A stretch of 64,000 nucleotides of DNA from Limnothrix sp. BL-A-16. Lineage in GTDB: Bacteria > Cyanobacteriota > Cyanobacteriia > CACIAM-69d. The notes beneath the pieces are model-generated. The model had not been told where the DNA came from, did not search any database, and was given only the letters and a program-made list of their open reading frames with translations. The DNA is taken from contig CP166615.1 of the NCBI GenBank assembly GCA_041937175.2, forward strand, positions 1,184,001 through 1,248,000, written 5' to 3'. Within the stretch, counting starts at the first letter, position 1, and each line of letters begins with the position of its first letter. The translations under genes were made by a program, and so were the position numbers. Of this stretch, positions 44,061 through 53,595 are shown piece after piece.

Positions 44061-44122
44061 TCAGCGTTCCATTAATACAGCTAATACAGCCCAGCACACT
44101 AAACCAACACACCCAACCAATA

Positions 44123-44163
44123 AAATAGACCCCGATCACACCAGGGCGATCGGGGGTCTATTT
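44123..44163. terminator. Probable bidirectional terminator between convergent lysR and prx
   Basis: AAATAGACCCCGATC...GATCGGGGGTCTATTT stem. Confidence 0.65.
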
Positions 44164-44255
44164 GTTGATGTCGCTAACCGCCAGGTGGCCCTAATCCCAA
44201 GCTCAGTGATTTAGCTTGAAATTAAAAGCCACTGGAGATTAAAAACTGATTGAAA

Positions 44256-44897
44256 TTACTTGTTGGGCTGGGGAGTCATGCGCAGGTAAGGCTTGATTTC
44301 CGTCACGCCCTTGGGGAATTTCTGGCGAGCTTCCTCGGTCGGAATCGAGGGAACCACCACGCAATCGCCGCCATCTGTCCAGTCGGCGGGCGTAGCCACA
44401 CTGTAGTTATCGGTCAGTTGCAGCGAGTCAATCACACGCAACAGCTCATCAAAGTTGCGGCCGGTGCTGGCGGGATAGGTGATCGTCAAACGCAGCTTTT
44501 TGTTGGGATCGATGATGAAGACCGATCGCACCGTCAGGGTGTTACCGGTGCTGGAATTGGGGTGAATCATCCCGTACAGTTCCGACACTTTCTTATCTTC
44601 GTCGGCCAGAATCGGATAATTCAGGGTCGTGCTTTGGGTTTCTTCAATGTCGGCCGTCCAGCCATGGTGCGAATCTACGCTGTCAACGCTCAGGGCCAGC
44701 GCCTTCACATTGCGCTTGTCAAATTCACCCTTCAGTTGGGCAACGCGGCCCAGCTCGGTGGTGCAAACGGGGGTATAGTCCGCCGGGTGCGAAAACAGCA
44801 CCACCCAGCTATCGCCTGCCCAAGCGTAGAAGTCGATCGAGCCGTGGGTGGAAGCCTGCGTGAAATCGGGGACGGTATCGCCAAGTCTGAGAGTCAT
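44256..44897 (-). CDS. 1-Cys peroxiredoxin (Prx6 type)
   Basis: FSHPADYTPVCTTE, YPASTGRNFDE, ATPADW. Confidence 0.95.
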   Translation of the reverse strand: MTLRLGDTVPDFTQASTHGSIDFYAWAGDSWVVLFSHPADYTPVCTTELGRVAQLKGEFDKRNVKALALSVDSVDSHHGWTADIEETQSTTLNYPILADEDKKVSELYGMIHPNSSTGNTLTVRSVFIIDPNKKLRLTITYPASTGRNFDELLRVIDSLQLTDNYSVATPADWTDGGDCVVVPSIPTEEARQKFPKGVTEIKPYLRMTPQPNK

Positions 44898-44925
44898 GAT
44901 TCTTCGTTGGTCAATGATTAATTGA

Positions 44926-45092
44926 TTGACATCCTCCTCGCCCCAAAGGGTGAGGATTCCTCACCGCGCCTGAACCCAGCGAATCGGGCCGAGGTCGCTG
45001 AATGGGGTTGACGCTTCACAGGCCACCACTGGCGAACCAGTCTGACGCTGGCCTCCACGTCCGTTTAAAGTCTCGGACTGCCCGCCCGCGAC
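44926..45092 (-). ncRNA. Orphan TnpB omega/reRNA-like module with IS200/IS605 right end
   Basis: GTCGCGGGCGGGCAGTCCGAGACT...TGAAGCGTCAACCC...GAATCCTCACCCTTTGGGGCGAGGAGGATGTCAA; translates as a TnpB-tail-like VAGGQSETLNGRGG...CEAST; homologous to 58443-58608. Confidence 0.72.
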
Positions 45093-45326
45093 GATGCATC
45101 AAACCAGTCAGGAGTGAATTTGCGGGCTGACGGGTCTGGGGGGCTAGAGGGGAGAGCGCCCGCAGATCATGATGCCACGAAACCCCAGTTTTCCGACCGG
45201 ATTTTCGATCTTTTTCACCCAACAGGCCCGCCAGCGGAATTCCAGGCGACAAATGCGGTTGATTCGGCTTGGCAGTTCCGCTGTAGCTAGGGCTTGTACT
45301 GCTGGAAAAATTAATGAAGCGCTTTT

Positions 45327-45404
45327 ACGATTAGGCGTTCGGGTCATCCTAATCACAGCCCGGAGTAACGATCAGGTGTTCAGGTCATCCTAATCACGGC
45401 CCGG
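45327..45404. repeat. Tandem 41-bp-period repeat x2, each unit a hairpin
   Basis: ACGATTAGGCGTTCGGGTCATCCTAATCACAGCCCGG and ACGATCAGGTGTTCAGGTCATCCTAATCACGGCCCGG. Confidence 0.8.
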
Positions 45405-45547
45405 GATGCGAATCTTGCGATCTGGATGTTCAGGATAGCAGGACTCTGTAGCGAAATTATCAGTCTTCGTAAATCTGCAATCCTTCCGGGGACAAACCGT
45501 AAAGTTCCGCAATGATCCTGAAATGTTCGCCATGCTTGCTTAAACCA

Positions 45548-46183
45548 TCATTTCGGGCAGGATGCTGAAATGCAGGCGAGGGAGAAGGTGCGCAGGGCAG
45601 CAATTTGGCTCATTTGGATTTCGTGGCCCCCATCGAGTTCCAAATAGGTGACGGTGGCATCGCGGCCTTGGAGATCGTCGCGCACTTGCCAGGCGGCTTG
45701 GATCGGGACAACGAGATCTTGGCGGCCGTGGGTTACTAGCACTTGGGGCCCCTGTTTGAGGGAGCTGACTTGCGGCAGAGCGTGGAAATAGCCGCTGAGG
45801 GAAGCAACGCCAGCCAGGGGTAGCGCTAACCCCACATCTAGGGCCATGGCTCCGCCTTGGGAAAATCCGCAAAGGACGGTTCGATCAAGCGGTATGCCCG
45901 ATCGCTCCGTGGTGGCCAACAGCCAGTTTTGGAGCTGATCTCGGCTGGCCTGCAAGCCTGGATAATCGGACGATTCCAAGTCGTACCACATGCGCCCTTC
46001 GTTGGAGTAGGGATAGGCCATGGGAGCTTGGGGAAATTCCATTTGCCAGTCCGGCAAGTTCAGCAACGGAGCCAACGCGGCCACATCATTTGCATTTGCC
46101 CCCCAACCATGAAGCGCGACCAGCATTGCCGCTGGTGTGCGGTTCGCCTCGGGGGAAATCGCGATCGCCTCTAATAAAGCCAC
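45548..46183 (-). CDS. Phospholipase/carboxylesterase (alpha/beta hydrolase)
   Basis: LHGWG, GFSQGG, HGRQDLVVP, GGHEI; GAGGAG RBS before GTG 46183. Confidence 0.9.
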   Translation of the reverse strand: MALLEAIAISPEANRTPAAMLVALHGWGANANDVAALAPLLNLPDWQMEFPQAPMAYPYSNEGRMWYDLESSDYPGLQASRDQLQNWLLATTERSGIPLDRTVLCGFSQGGAMALDVGLALPLAGVASLSGYFHALPQVSSLKQGPQVLVTHGRQDLVVPIQAAWQVRDDLQGRDATVTYLELDGGHEIQMSQIAALRTFSLACISASCPK

Positions 46184-46239
46184 GCGACAACTCCTCGGTA
46201 GAATGAACCCGTTAAGCCTCAATCCTAACGGACTCTTCC

Positions 46240-47823
46240 ATGACGCGGACAGCCCTGCTTAGTGTTTCTGACAAAACTGGTCTAATCGAACTGGCTCGCC
46301 AACTGGTGGAACGGTTCGGCTTTACCCTGGTCAGCAGCGGTGGCACGGCTAATGCCATCAAAGCCGCAGGACTCCCCGTGACCAAGGTTTCGGACTATAC
46401 AGGCTTCCCGGAAATTTTGGGCGGCCGGGTCAAGACACTCCACCCGCGTGTGCATGGGGGAATTTTGGCCCGCACCGATTTGGAGGGCGATCGCGCTGAT
46501 TTGACTGCCAATGCGATCCCCGCGATCGATTTGGTGGTGGTGAATCTTTATCCCTTTGAGCAGACGATCGCCCGGGAAGGGGTGACGCTGCCGGAGGCGA
46601 TCGAACAAATTGATATCGGTGGCCCCGCCATGATTCGTGCCGCCGCCAAAAACCACAGCCGCGTAACAGTGCTGTGCAACCCTGCTCAATACGATCGCTA
46701 CTTACATGAGCTGAGCAGCAATGGCACGCCCTCCTTGGAATTCCGGTTGCAGTGCGCTCGCGAAGCCTTTTGGCACACGTCTACCTATGACAGCGCGATC
46801 GCCACTTACCTGAGCCAACAGGCTGACAATCCCGCCGATTTGGATCGCCCGGCCTTGGCCACTCCGGTGGAATGGGCGATCGCGGGTAAGCGGGTGCAAA
46901 GCCTGCGCTATGGCGAAAATCCCCACCAAAGCGCCGCTTGGTATCGCAGCGGCTCCACCCCCAGCGGTTGGGCGGCGGCGGAACAACTCCAAGGCAAAGA
47001 ACTGAGTTACAACAACTTGGTGGATTTGGAGTCGGCCCGGAGCCTGATTGCGGAGTTTGTGGCCGCCGATGCCCCCCCGGCGGCGGCCATTCTGAAGCAC
47101 AACAATCCCTGTGGTGTGGCCCTGGGATCGTCGGCCGATGCGCCCCTGCTGGAGGCCTATCGCAAGGCCTTGGAAGCGGATTCGATGTCAGCATTTGGCG
47201 GCATCGTGGCCCTGAACCGCCCGATCGACGCGGAAACGGCCGCCGCGCTCACGGAAACCTTCCTGGAGTGCATTGTGGCTCCTGGCTGTGATGAAGCCGC
47301 CCGCGCCTTGTTGCAGAAAAAACAAAACCTGCGAGTCCTGGTGCTGCCGGATCTGTTGGCGGGGCCCGCGGCCACGGTGAAGACGATCGCGGGCGGCTTT
47401 TTGCTCCAGGCGGCCGACGACGAACCCAGCGACCCGAACACCTGGCGCGTGGTGACGGAGAAGCAACCAACAGCGGATCAACTCGCGGAGTTGGCCTTTG
47501 CCTGGCGCGTGGTGAAGCATGTGAAGTCCAATGCGATCGTGGTGACCAGCAACCGATCGACCCTGGGGATCGGTGCGGGCCAAATGAATCGCGTGGGTTC
47601 TGTGGCGATCGCCCTCAACCAAGCGGGCGACCAAGCCCCGGGCGCTGTTTTGGCCAGCGATGGGTTCTTTCCCTTTGATGACTCGGTGCGGACGGCGGCG
47701 GCGGCGGGCATCGGGGCGATCGTCCAGCCCGGTGGCAGTGTGCGCGATGAAGACTCGATCAAAGCGGCCAATGAACTGGGTTTGGTGATGCTGATGACCG
47801 ATCGCCGCCACTTCCTGCACTAA
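46240..47823 (+). CDS. purH: Bifunctional AICAR transformylase/IMP cyclohydrolase
   Basis: ALLSVSDKTG, GRVKTLHP, IDIGGP, LRYGENPHQ, KHVKSNAI, RRHFLH. Confidence 0.97.
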   Translation: MTRTALLSVSDKTGLIELARQLVERFGFTLVSSGGTANAIKAAGLPVTKVSDYTGFPEILGGRVKTLHPRVHGGILARTDLEGDRADLTANAIPAIDLVVVNLYPFEQTIAREGVTLPEAIEQIDIGGPAMIRAAAKNHSRVTVLCNPAQYDRYLHELSSNGTPSLEFRLQCAREAFWHTSTYDSAIATYLSQQADNPADLDRPALATPVEWAIAGKRVQSLRYGENPHQSAAWYRSGSTPSGWAAAEQLQGKELSYNNLVDLESARSLIAEFVAADAPPAAAILKHNNPCGVALGSSADAPLLEAYRKALEADSMSAFGGIVALNRPIDAETAAALTETFLECIVAPGCDEAARALLQKKQNLRVLVLPDLLAGPAATVKTIAGGFLLQAADDEPSDPNTWRVVTEKQPTADQLAELAFAWRVVKHVKSNAIVVTSNRSTLGIGAGQMNRVGSVAIALNQAGDQAPGAVLASDGFFPFDDSVRTAAAAGIGAIVQPGGSVRDEDSIKAANELGLVMLMTDRRHFLH

Positions 47824-47904
47824 CGGTTGTTCAGTCTGCTCCGAAGCCATCCCCAAGTTCGGCCGATCGCTGACCGCACCACTCGCTGACTACATCATCG
47901 AAGG

Positions 47905-47924
47905 CAAGGGGCTTAAGCCCCTTG
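47905..47924. repeat. Solo palindrome CAAGGGGCTTAAGCCCCTTG between convergent purH and ctp
   Basis: Perfect 20-bp palindrome. Confidence 0.9.
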
Positions 47925-47976
47925 TCTAGTCGTGGTTAGCGTTGATTGATGGGTTCAGGTTTGGTGTATTTGATCC

Positions 47977-49359
47977 CTACTGGGGCAGCGGGGCCACATT
48001 GTTATTGGCTGCAATCCGATTCCGAAGCATGGTTACAGCCCGCGTGTATTGGGGATCGCTCTCGGTGGCCAACAGCCGCCCGCCATTGGAGAACAGATAA
48101 TATTCCTGCTCATCCGATAGCTTGATTTCCACATCGGGGCTGATGCCGGTTTTGTTAATGTCCGTGCCAGCGGGGGTGTAGTAATGGGCGATCGTGACGG
48201 CTAAACCCGAACCATCACCCAAACTATGCACCGATTGAACCAGGGCCTTGCCAAAGGTTTGGCTTCCCACCACGATCGCCCGGCGGTTGTCCTTCAGCGC
48301 CCCGGTCAGAATTTCGCTAGCACTGGCGGAATTGCCATCCACCAACACCGCCAGCGGCAAGCTAGTGAGGGATGTGCGATTTGCCCGGGCGGCTTGGCTG
48401 TTTCCTGCGCGATCGGTTGTGCTGACAATGCTGCCGGCATCGAGCCACATGCGTGCAATCTCAATGCTGGCGTTCAAAAGACCGCCCGGATTGCCGCGCA
48501 GATCCAACACAAACGCTTCGGCCTGCTTGCCCTTCAAATCCTCGATCGCCCGCTCCATCTGCTCGGCCGCATGGGCGCTGAACTCATTGAGGCGGATATA
48601 GCCTACCCGAATGCCCGATTCCGTTTGTAGGTTCGATCGGACGATCGGCACTTCAATCCGGGCACGGGTTAAGGACACCGAAAACGGCGCACCCCCCGCC
48701 CGCTGAATTTCCAGCTTCACCGCCGTGCCCGCCTGGCCCCGAATCAAGCTAGAAGCCTTTTCGGGAGACATGTCCTTGGTGGCTTGCCCATCGATCGTCA
48801 AGATCAGATCTCCTGCCTTCAAACCGGCCCGAGTGGCCGGTGAGTTGGGCATTGGCTCCACCACTTGCAAATGCTTCGTCTTGTCATCTACCCCCATCCG
48901 AATCCCAATCCCCGACAGCTCGCCGGCCGTTTGATTGGTCAGCTCCTCAAACTGCTCAGGAGTCATGAAGCGGGTATAGGGATCGTTCAGCAGCTTAATC
49001 GCCTTGCGCAGGGCTTCGTAGGCTTCATCCCGCGATGTATATTGGCGGCTCAGCAGGTCTTGGCGGATGGCTTGCCAATCATTTTGGTTAAACTGCCCAT
49101 CCACATATTCACGGTTGATGATTTGCCAAGCTTCATCCACGATTTGCTTGGGGCTGTCTTGAAATTGGCCGGGTTCTGGGGCGGGCGGTTCCCGGTCTTG
49201 GCTGAAGGCCGGCAAACTCAGGGCCGGATGAAGCAGGGCAACGCTGGCCGCCGCGATCGCCACCTTTACGCCCAGGCTCTTGGGCGATCGCCGCCAATCA
49301 AACCAATGACGCGAAACCGACGAGACAGCGGGCATAGATTTGGGATCAACCTGGGGCAT
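47977..49359 (-). CDS. S41 carboxyl-terminal processing protease (CtpA/CtpB family)
   Basis: DPYTRF, PDZ domain, DLRGNPGG, SASASEI, TFGKALVQ. Start uncertain. Confidence 0.92.
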   Translation of the reverse strand: MPQVDPKSMPAVSSVSRHWFDWRRSPKSLGVKVAIAAASVALLHPALSLPAFSQDREPPAPEPGQFQDSPKQIVDEAWQIINREYVDGQFNQNDWQAIRQDLLSRQYTSRDEAYEALRKAIKLLNDPYTRFMTPEQFEELTNQTAGELSGIGIRMGVDDKTKHLQVVEPMPNSPATRAGLKAGDLILTIDGQATKDMSPEKASSLIRGQAGTAVKLEIQRAGGAPFSVSLTRARIEVPIVRSNLQTESGIRVGYIRLNEFSAHAAEQMERAIEDLKGKQAEAFVLDLRGNPGGLLNASIEIARMWLDAGSIVSTTDRAGNSQAARANRTSLTSLPLAVLVDGNSASASEILTGALKDNRRAIVVGSQTFGKALVQSVHSLGDGSGLAVTIAHYYTPAGTDINKTGISPDVEIKLSDEQEYYLFSNGGRLLATESDPQYTRAVTMLRNRIAANNNVAPLPQ

Positions 49360-49544
49360 ACGGCCAACGTTTTTGAGTGAAATCAAGGGGATACAAAACC
49401 AGCATCCAGCAATATTGGGGAGTTATGGCAGGATGGCTGATAGATGATTGCTATTCATCATAGAGCGCCGATCGGGAACCGTGGGTGACTCCAGACACCG
49501 ATCGAATCGCCACATTCAATCCCGAATGGATCTCTAACGGGTAG

Positions 49545-50465
49545 TTGACCATGATTTGGAAACGTACTCAGCCCCCCGAATCGCCATCCCCCCAGGTTGC
49601 TCGATCGACCCCATCCCCTTCATCGACCCTATCCAGTTCGCCCGCATCAACCACAGCATCAACCGCAGCCCTGAGCCGATCGCTCCGGCGGCTGCAATGG
49701 TTGGGCCACCTCACCAACGGGGCGATCGCCCTGATCGCGATCGGGGGCATCGTCTTCCTGCAACAGACCACTATCCAACGCGCCCCCCAGGGGTTGGAAG
49801 ATCCCGTTTTGGCTCAGGATCGCACCCGCACGCAATTGCAACTGGCGGCCCGAATGCCCAGCCTCGGGTTTGATAATTTGCTGGCCAATTGGGCGTTTTT
49901 AAGCTATTTGCAATATTTCGGAGATACGGAAGTTCGCCAGGCCACGGGCTACACCGCCAATGAAGATTACTTTGAGCTAATGACCCTGCGGGATCCCCGA
50001 TTCACCACGTTGGCTCCTTTCATTTCGGCGGGTGTGGCGTACTATGCGGGCAAGCCGGAAAAGTCCGTGGCCCTCATGAACCGGATGACCGATGTGCTGG
50101 ATCCCAAGCACCAACCCGATGCCTTTTGGGTTTGGCGCTTCAAGGCGTTTGATCAATACCTGTTGCTGAATGACATTCCGGCCACCGTGGCTTCCCTGGA
50201 AATGGCGGGTCGCTGGGCGGCCATGACCTCAAAATATCGGCGGGTGGCCCCGTTTTTCCAAGAAACAGCGGACTTTCTGCGCCGGGATCCCAACACGTTG
50301 GCGGTGCGGTTTTACGCCTGGAATGAGGTTTATCAAGCGGCGGTCGATCGTCTGGTGATTCAGCGAGCTGAGCAGGAATTGTTAGCCATGGGAGCCAAGC
50401 GGGGCCAACGGCTGCCCAATGGTCGATCGCAGTTTTTGCCGCCGCCCGGTGTCATTGCGCGTTAA
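49545..50465 (+). CDS. Hypothetical membrane-anchored protein
   Basis: TM segment followed by GFDNLLANWAFLSYLQYFGD helical domain. Confidence 0.7.
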   Translation: MTMIWKRTQPPESPSPQVARSTPSPSSTLSSSPASTTASTAALSRSLRRLQWLGHLTNGAIALIAIGGIVFLQQTTIQRAPQGLEDPVLAQDRTRTQLQLAARMPSLGFDNLLANWAFLSYLQYFGDTEVRQATGYTANEDYFELMTLRDPRFTTLAPFISAGVAYYAGKPEKSVALMNRMTDVLDPKHQPDAFWVWRFKAFDQYLLLNDIPATVASLEMAGRWAAMTSKYRRVAPFFQETADFLRRDPNTLAVRFYAWNEVYQAAVDRLVIQRAEQELLAMGAKRGQRLPNGRSQFLPPPGVIAR

Positions 50466-50476
50466 AACGAGCCGTA

Positions 50477-50624
50477 GGGCTTGTCGTTAATCGTGGGGAC
50501 AAGGGGCTTAAGCCCCTTGTCGCGGTTGGTTGTGGGAGCAAGGGGCTTAAACCCCTTGTCGCGGTTGGTTAGGGTATGGAAGATTAACCGTTTTCACTGG
50601 ATCCTAGGAAATGACGACCAGCCC
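50477..50624 (+). mobile_element. MITE family 2 copy with 39-bp internal tandem duplication of the palindrome
   Basis: GGGCTTGTCGTTAAT...AAATGACGACCAGCCC termini; palindromes at 50500 and 50539; right arm matches 18865-18915. Confidence 0.72.
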
Positions 50625-50678
50625 TGGTCTATTAATCGTCCCGATCGCCTCAATCACCTGATCAACCTAGATCGCCCT

Positions 50679-51398
50679 ATGCAGCCATTTCGTCGAAAAA
50701 TTGGGCTGATTACCGCTGGCCTGTTGACCTTGGGGGGCCTGTGGTGGGGCGGGCGGCTGTTGGTGGCGGCTTCGGGCCCGCCGGAAGTGCTGTGGGTGCT
50801 GGGAGGCAGCATTCGGCGCGAAATGGCGGCGGTTCAGTGGGCGGCGGCCCATCCCCAACAACGGGTGCTAATTTCCGGGGGTTCCAAGCCCCCCTGCGTG
50901 AAGGCGCTGTTCGATCGCGCTGGTGTGAAGGGCGATCGCGTTTGGCTGGAGCAATGCGCCCAATCCACGTTTGGGAACTGCTATTGGAGTCTGCCAATTT
51001 TGCAGCGTTGGGGCACCAAACGGGTAATTCTGATGACCTCCGGTTCCCACCAATGGCGAGCCGGAGCCATGGCCCGTCTCATTCTGGGCAGTCACGGTAT
51101 TTGGGTGGATGTGGTGACCGTGCCGGAAACCGGTGTGCCTGCCAACCAAGAAAACCCGCTGAAAACCGTTTTGGATGTGGGGCGCGCGGGTGCTTGGGCG
51201 ATCGGTAGCCAGTGGAATAGCCCCCAGTGCCAACAGGTAGGGCACTTGGAGCAGGTGAATATTGCCGCTTGGTGTCAGCGAGCGTTTCGCTGTGAATATC
51301 AAGCGGGGCTATCTAAAATTTGTGCGCGATCGAGCCAGGGATTGCCCCAACCCGATCGCGCACCTTCAGCGACTCCTCAATCACCATCAACCCGCTAG
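50679..51398 (+). CDS. YdcF/DUF218 family protein
   Basis: VLGGS, ISGG, E..AQSTFGN, MTSGSHQWRA. ATG 50679 preferred because the upstream extension is MITE sequence. Confidence 0.8.
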   Translation: MQPFRRKIGLITAGLLTLGGLWWGGRLLVAASGPPEVLWVLGGSIRREMAAVQWAAAHPQQRVLISGGSKPPCVKALFDRAGVKGDRVWLEQCAQSTFGNCYWSLPILQRWGTKRVILMTSGSHQWRAGAMARLILGSHGIWVDVVTVPETGVPANQENPLKTVLDVGRAGAWAIGSQWNSPQCQQVGHLEQVNIAAWCQRAFRCEYQAGLSKICARSSQGLPQPDRAPSATPQSPSTR

Positions 51399-51484
51399 GG
51401 ATTCGCGCGGCTCAACAACGGATCGATTGAAGCTTGTTGAGGCTTGTTGAATCCAGCCGATCGCGATCGGATCGAGATCAGTGG

Positions 51485-53443
51485 TTAGTTGGACTGCTGA
51501 TTCAAGTAAGCGGCGATCGCCTCATTGATCAACGCGGTGGCTGACTGCCCCCGATCGGCGGCCAGGGCCTGCACCGACTTGTACAGCTCATCGCGAATGC
51601 CAATGCGATGACGGGGAGCGGCGCTGCCGTTGCTGGCTTGCCCCTGACCGTTCTTCTCCGCCTTGGCATCGATCGGGCGATAGGCCTGCATAAAGTGCCG
51701 CAGCGTATCAAACCCCACCCGATGGCAGAAATCACCAAAGCTTTCGCCCGGTTCGCGCGATCGCTTGAAGTAAACCAAAATCGGCTCTAGGAACGATTCC
51801 AGATCCGTATCCTTCATCCGTTCCGTAAACGTTTGGGCTAGGCGGGTTTGGCTAGGAGAACCCCCGAGCCACACTTGGTAGGCATTGGGCGCGCTGCCCA
51901 CAAAACCCAACTCAGCCATGTAGGGCCGAGCACAGCCGTTGGGGCAACCGGTCATCCGAATCACGAAGGATTCATCACCCAAGCCCAAGCGCTCCATCAG
52001 CGATCGAATGCGTTCCACAAAGCCCGGCAGGGCCCGCTCCGATTCGGTGATCGCCAGGCCGCAGGTGGGCATGGCCGGGCAAGCCATCGCCAGCCGCTCT
52101 AGGGGATCAATTTGCTCGATCGCCCAAACCCCGCAGTCGGTCAGGATTTTCTCAATGGCGGCGCGATCGCCCGGCTTGATGTCATAGAACAGCACATTCT
52201 GATGGGGAGTCAGCAACATCGGCAACTGGAACTGTTTCACAATTTGCCGCAGGGCCGATCGCAGCTTGAAAGTACCCTGGTCATGCACCCGCCCATTTTG
52301 GATCGACAGGCCCAAGAACAACTGGCCATCGCCCTGTTCGTGCCAGCCCAAGAAGTCCTCATAGCGCCAAGCGGGCAGGGGGCGTGCCGGTTCCAGCTTC
52401 TTGCCCAAGTAATCTTCCACATGGTCGCGGAACTTGGCCACGCCCCAATCGTGCAGCAGGTACTTCATCCGGGAGTGACGACGATCGAAGCGATCGCCAT
52501 AATCCCGTTGCACCGCCACGATCGCCTTCACCAGTCCATAGACATCCGCCGCCGCCACAAAGCCAATTTCATCGGCAATGCGGGCGAAGGTTTCTTCCTT
52601 GTTGTGGGTGCGGCCCAAACCGCCACCGGCATAGACATTGAACCCTTCCAATTCCCCTTGCTCATTGGTGATCACCACCAAGCTCAAGTCCTGGGAAAAC
52701 AGATCCACGGAGTTATCCCCCGGAACCGTCACCGCGCATTTGAATTTACGGGGCATGTAGGTTGCTCCGTAAATCGGCTCTTCCGTGTCCAGGCGCATGG
52801 GCGTGGAGCCGTTGCTTTGGCGGGCCGCCTTCACGGCCGGGTCTTCTTCGGCGGAAATGGCCTTTTCCCCATCCAGCCAAATTTCGTAGTAAGCCCCCGT
52901 TTGCGGCGTGAGCAAGTCCGCAATGTTGTTGGCATAGGCCAGCGCCAGTTGATACTCAGGGCGGTTTTTGTAGGGCGCGGGCGGGGCCATCACGTTGCGG
53001 TTCAGGTCGCCGCAAGCGCCGAGGGTTGACCCCATGCTGTTGACGATCGCGGCGATCGTGGCTTTCAGGTTCTTTTTGAGAATCCCGTGCAACTGAAAGC
53101 CCTGACGGGTTGTGGCGCGCAGGGTTTCGTTGCCATATTCACTGGCCAGGCGATCGAGCGTCAGATACAGTTGCGGCGGGATGAACCCTCCCGGACTGCG
53201 GGTGCGCAACATCATCTGATAGGGCTTTTCCTGGCCCGGCTTTTGCAGGTCTCGATCGACCTGTTGATAGGAGCCGTGGAATTTCAGGATTTGAATTGCA
53301 TCATTGGAAAAATAATTGGTGTCCAGCAACAGTTCCGACGCAACGGGTTCCCGGAGAAAGTTGCTTCGTTCTTTGAGTCCTTCAACTTTCGAGAGACGAG
53401 TTTCGGTGGGTGCAGCAACCGGCGAGCTAGCAGATTTGGCCAT
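51485..53443 (-). CDS. sir: Ferredoxin-dependent sulfite reductase
   Basis: [46 protein letters not shown]. Confidence 0.95.
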   Translation of the reverse strand: MAKSASSPVAAPTETRLSKVEGLKERSNFLREPVASELLLDTNYFSNDAIQILKFHGSYQQVDRDLQKPGQEKPYQMMLRTRSPGGFIPPQLYLTLDRLASEYGNETLRATTRQGFQLHGILKKNLKATIAAIVNSMGSTLGACGDLNRNVMAPPAPYKNRPEYQLALAYANNIADLLTPQTGAYYEIWLDGEKAISAEEDPAVKAARQSNGSTPMRLDTEEPIYGATYMPRKFKCAVTVPGDNSVDLFSQDLSLVVITNEQGELEGFNVYAGGGLGRTHNKEETFARIADEIGFVAAADVYGLVKAIVAVQRDYGDRFDRRHSRMKYLLHDWGVAKFRDHVEDYLGKKLEPARPLPAWRYEDFLGWHEQGDGQLFLGLSIQNGRVHDQGTFKLRSALRQIVKQFQLPMLLTPHQNVLFYDIKPGDRAAIEKILTDCGVWAIEQIDPLERLAMACPAMPTCGLAITESERALPGFVERIRSLMERLGLGDESFVIRMTGCPNGCARPYMAELGFVGSAPNAYQVWLGGSPSQTRLAQTFTERMKDTDLESFLEPILVYFKRSREPGESFGDFCHRVGFDTLRHFMQAYRPIDAKAEKNGQGQASNGSAAPRHRIGIRDELYKSVQALAADRGQSATALINEAIAAYLNQQSN

Positions 53444-53595
53444 GAGTCCAGCAGTGGCAAATAAGGGGGGATTGAATGCCCCGTAAGTCGATCGAGATAT
53501 CGGAGAATTGATACTCCATCCTACCATTGGCTCGGTAGGATCCACGATCCATCACTATTCACTGTAGGGCTTAGGCGGGTTGAGTTGCGCGGATG

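Noticed and set aside
45016..45393. Short ORFs as a tnpB remnant or real genes
   Set aside because: No RuvC (DRDxNAA) or CxxC motifs and no RBS; only the RNA-coding tail resembles tnpB.
45327..45404. CRISPR array or tandem glutamine riboswitch
   Set aside because: Units are separated by only 4 nt, and I could not match the glnA-motif consensus.
50481..50678. N-terminal repeat (VVGARGLSPLSRL) on the DUF218 protein
   Set aside because: Translation of the duplicated palindrome in the MITE; the gene more likely starts at 50679.
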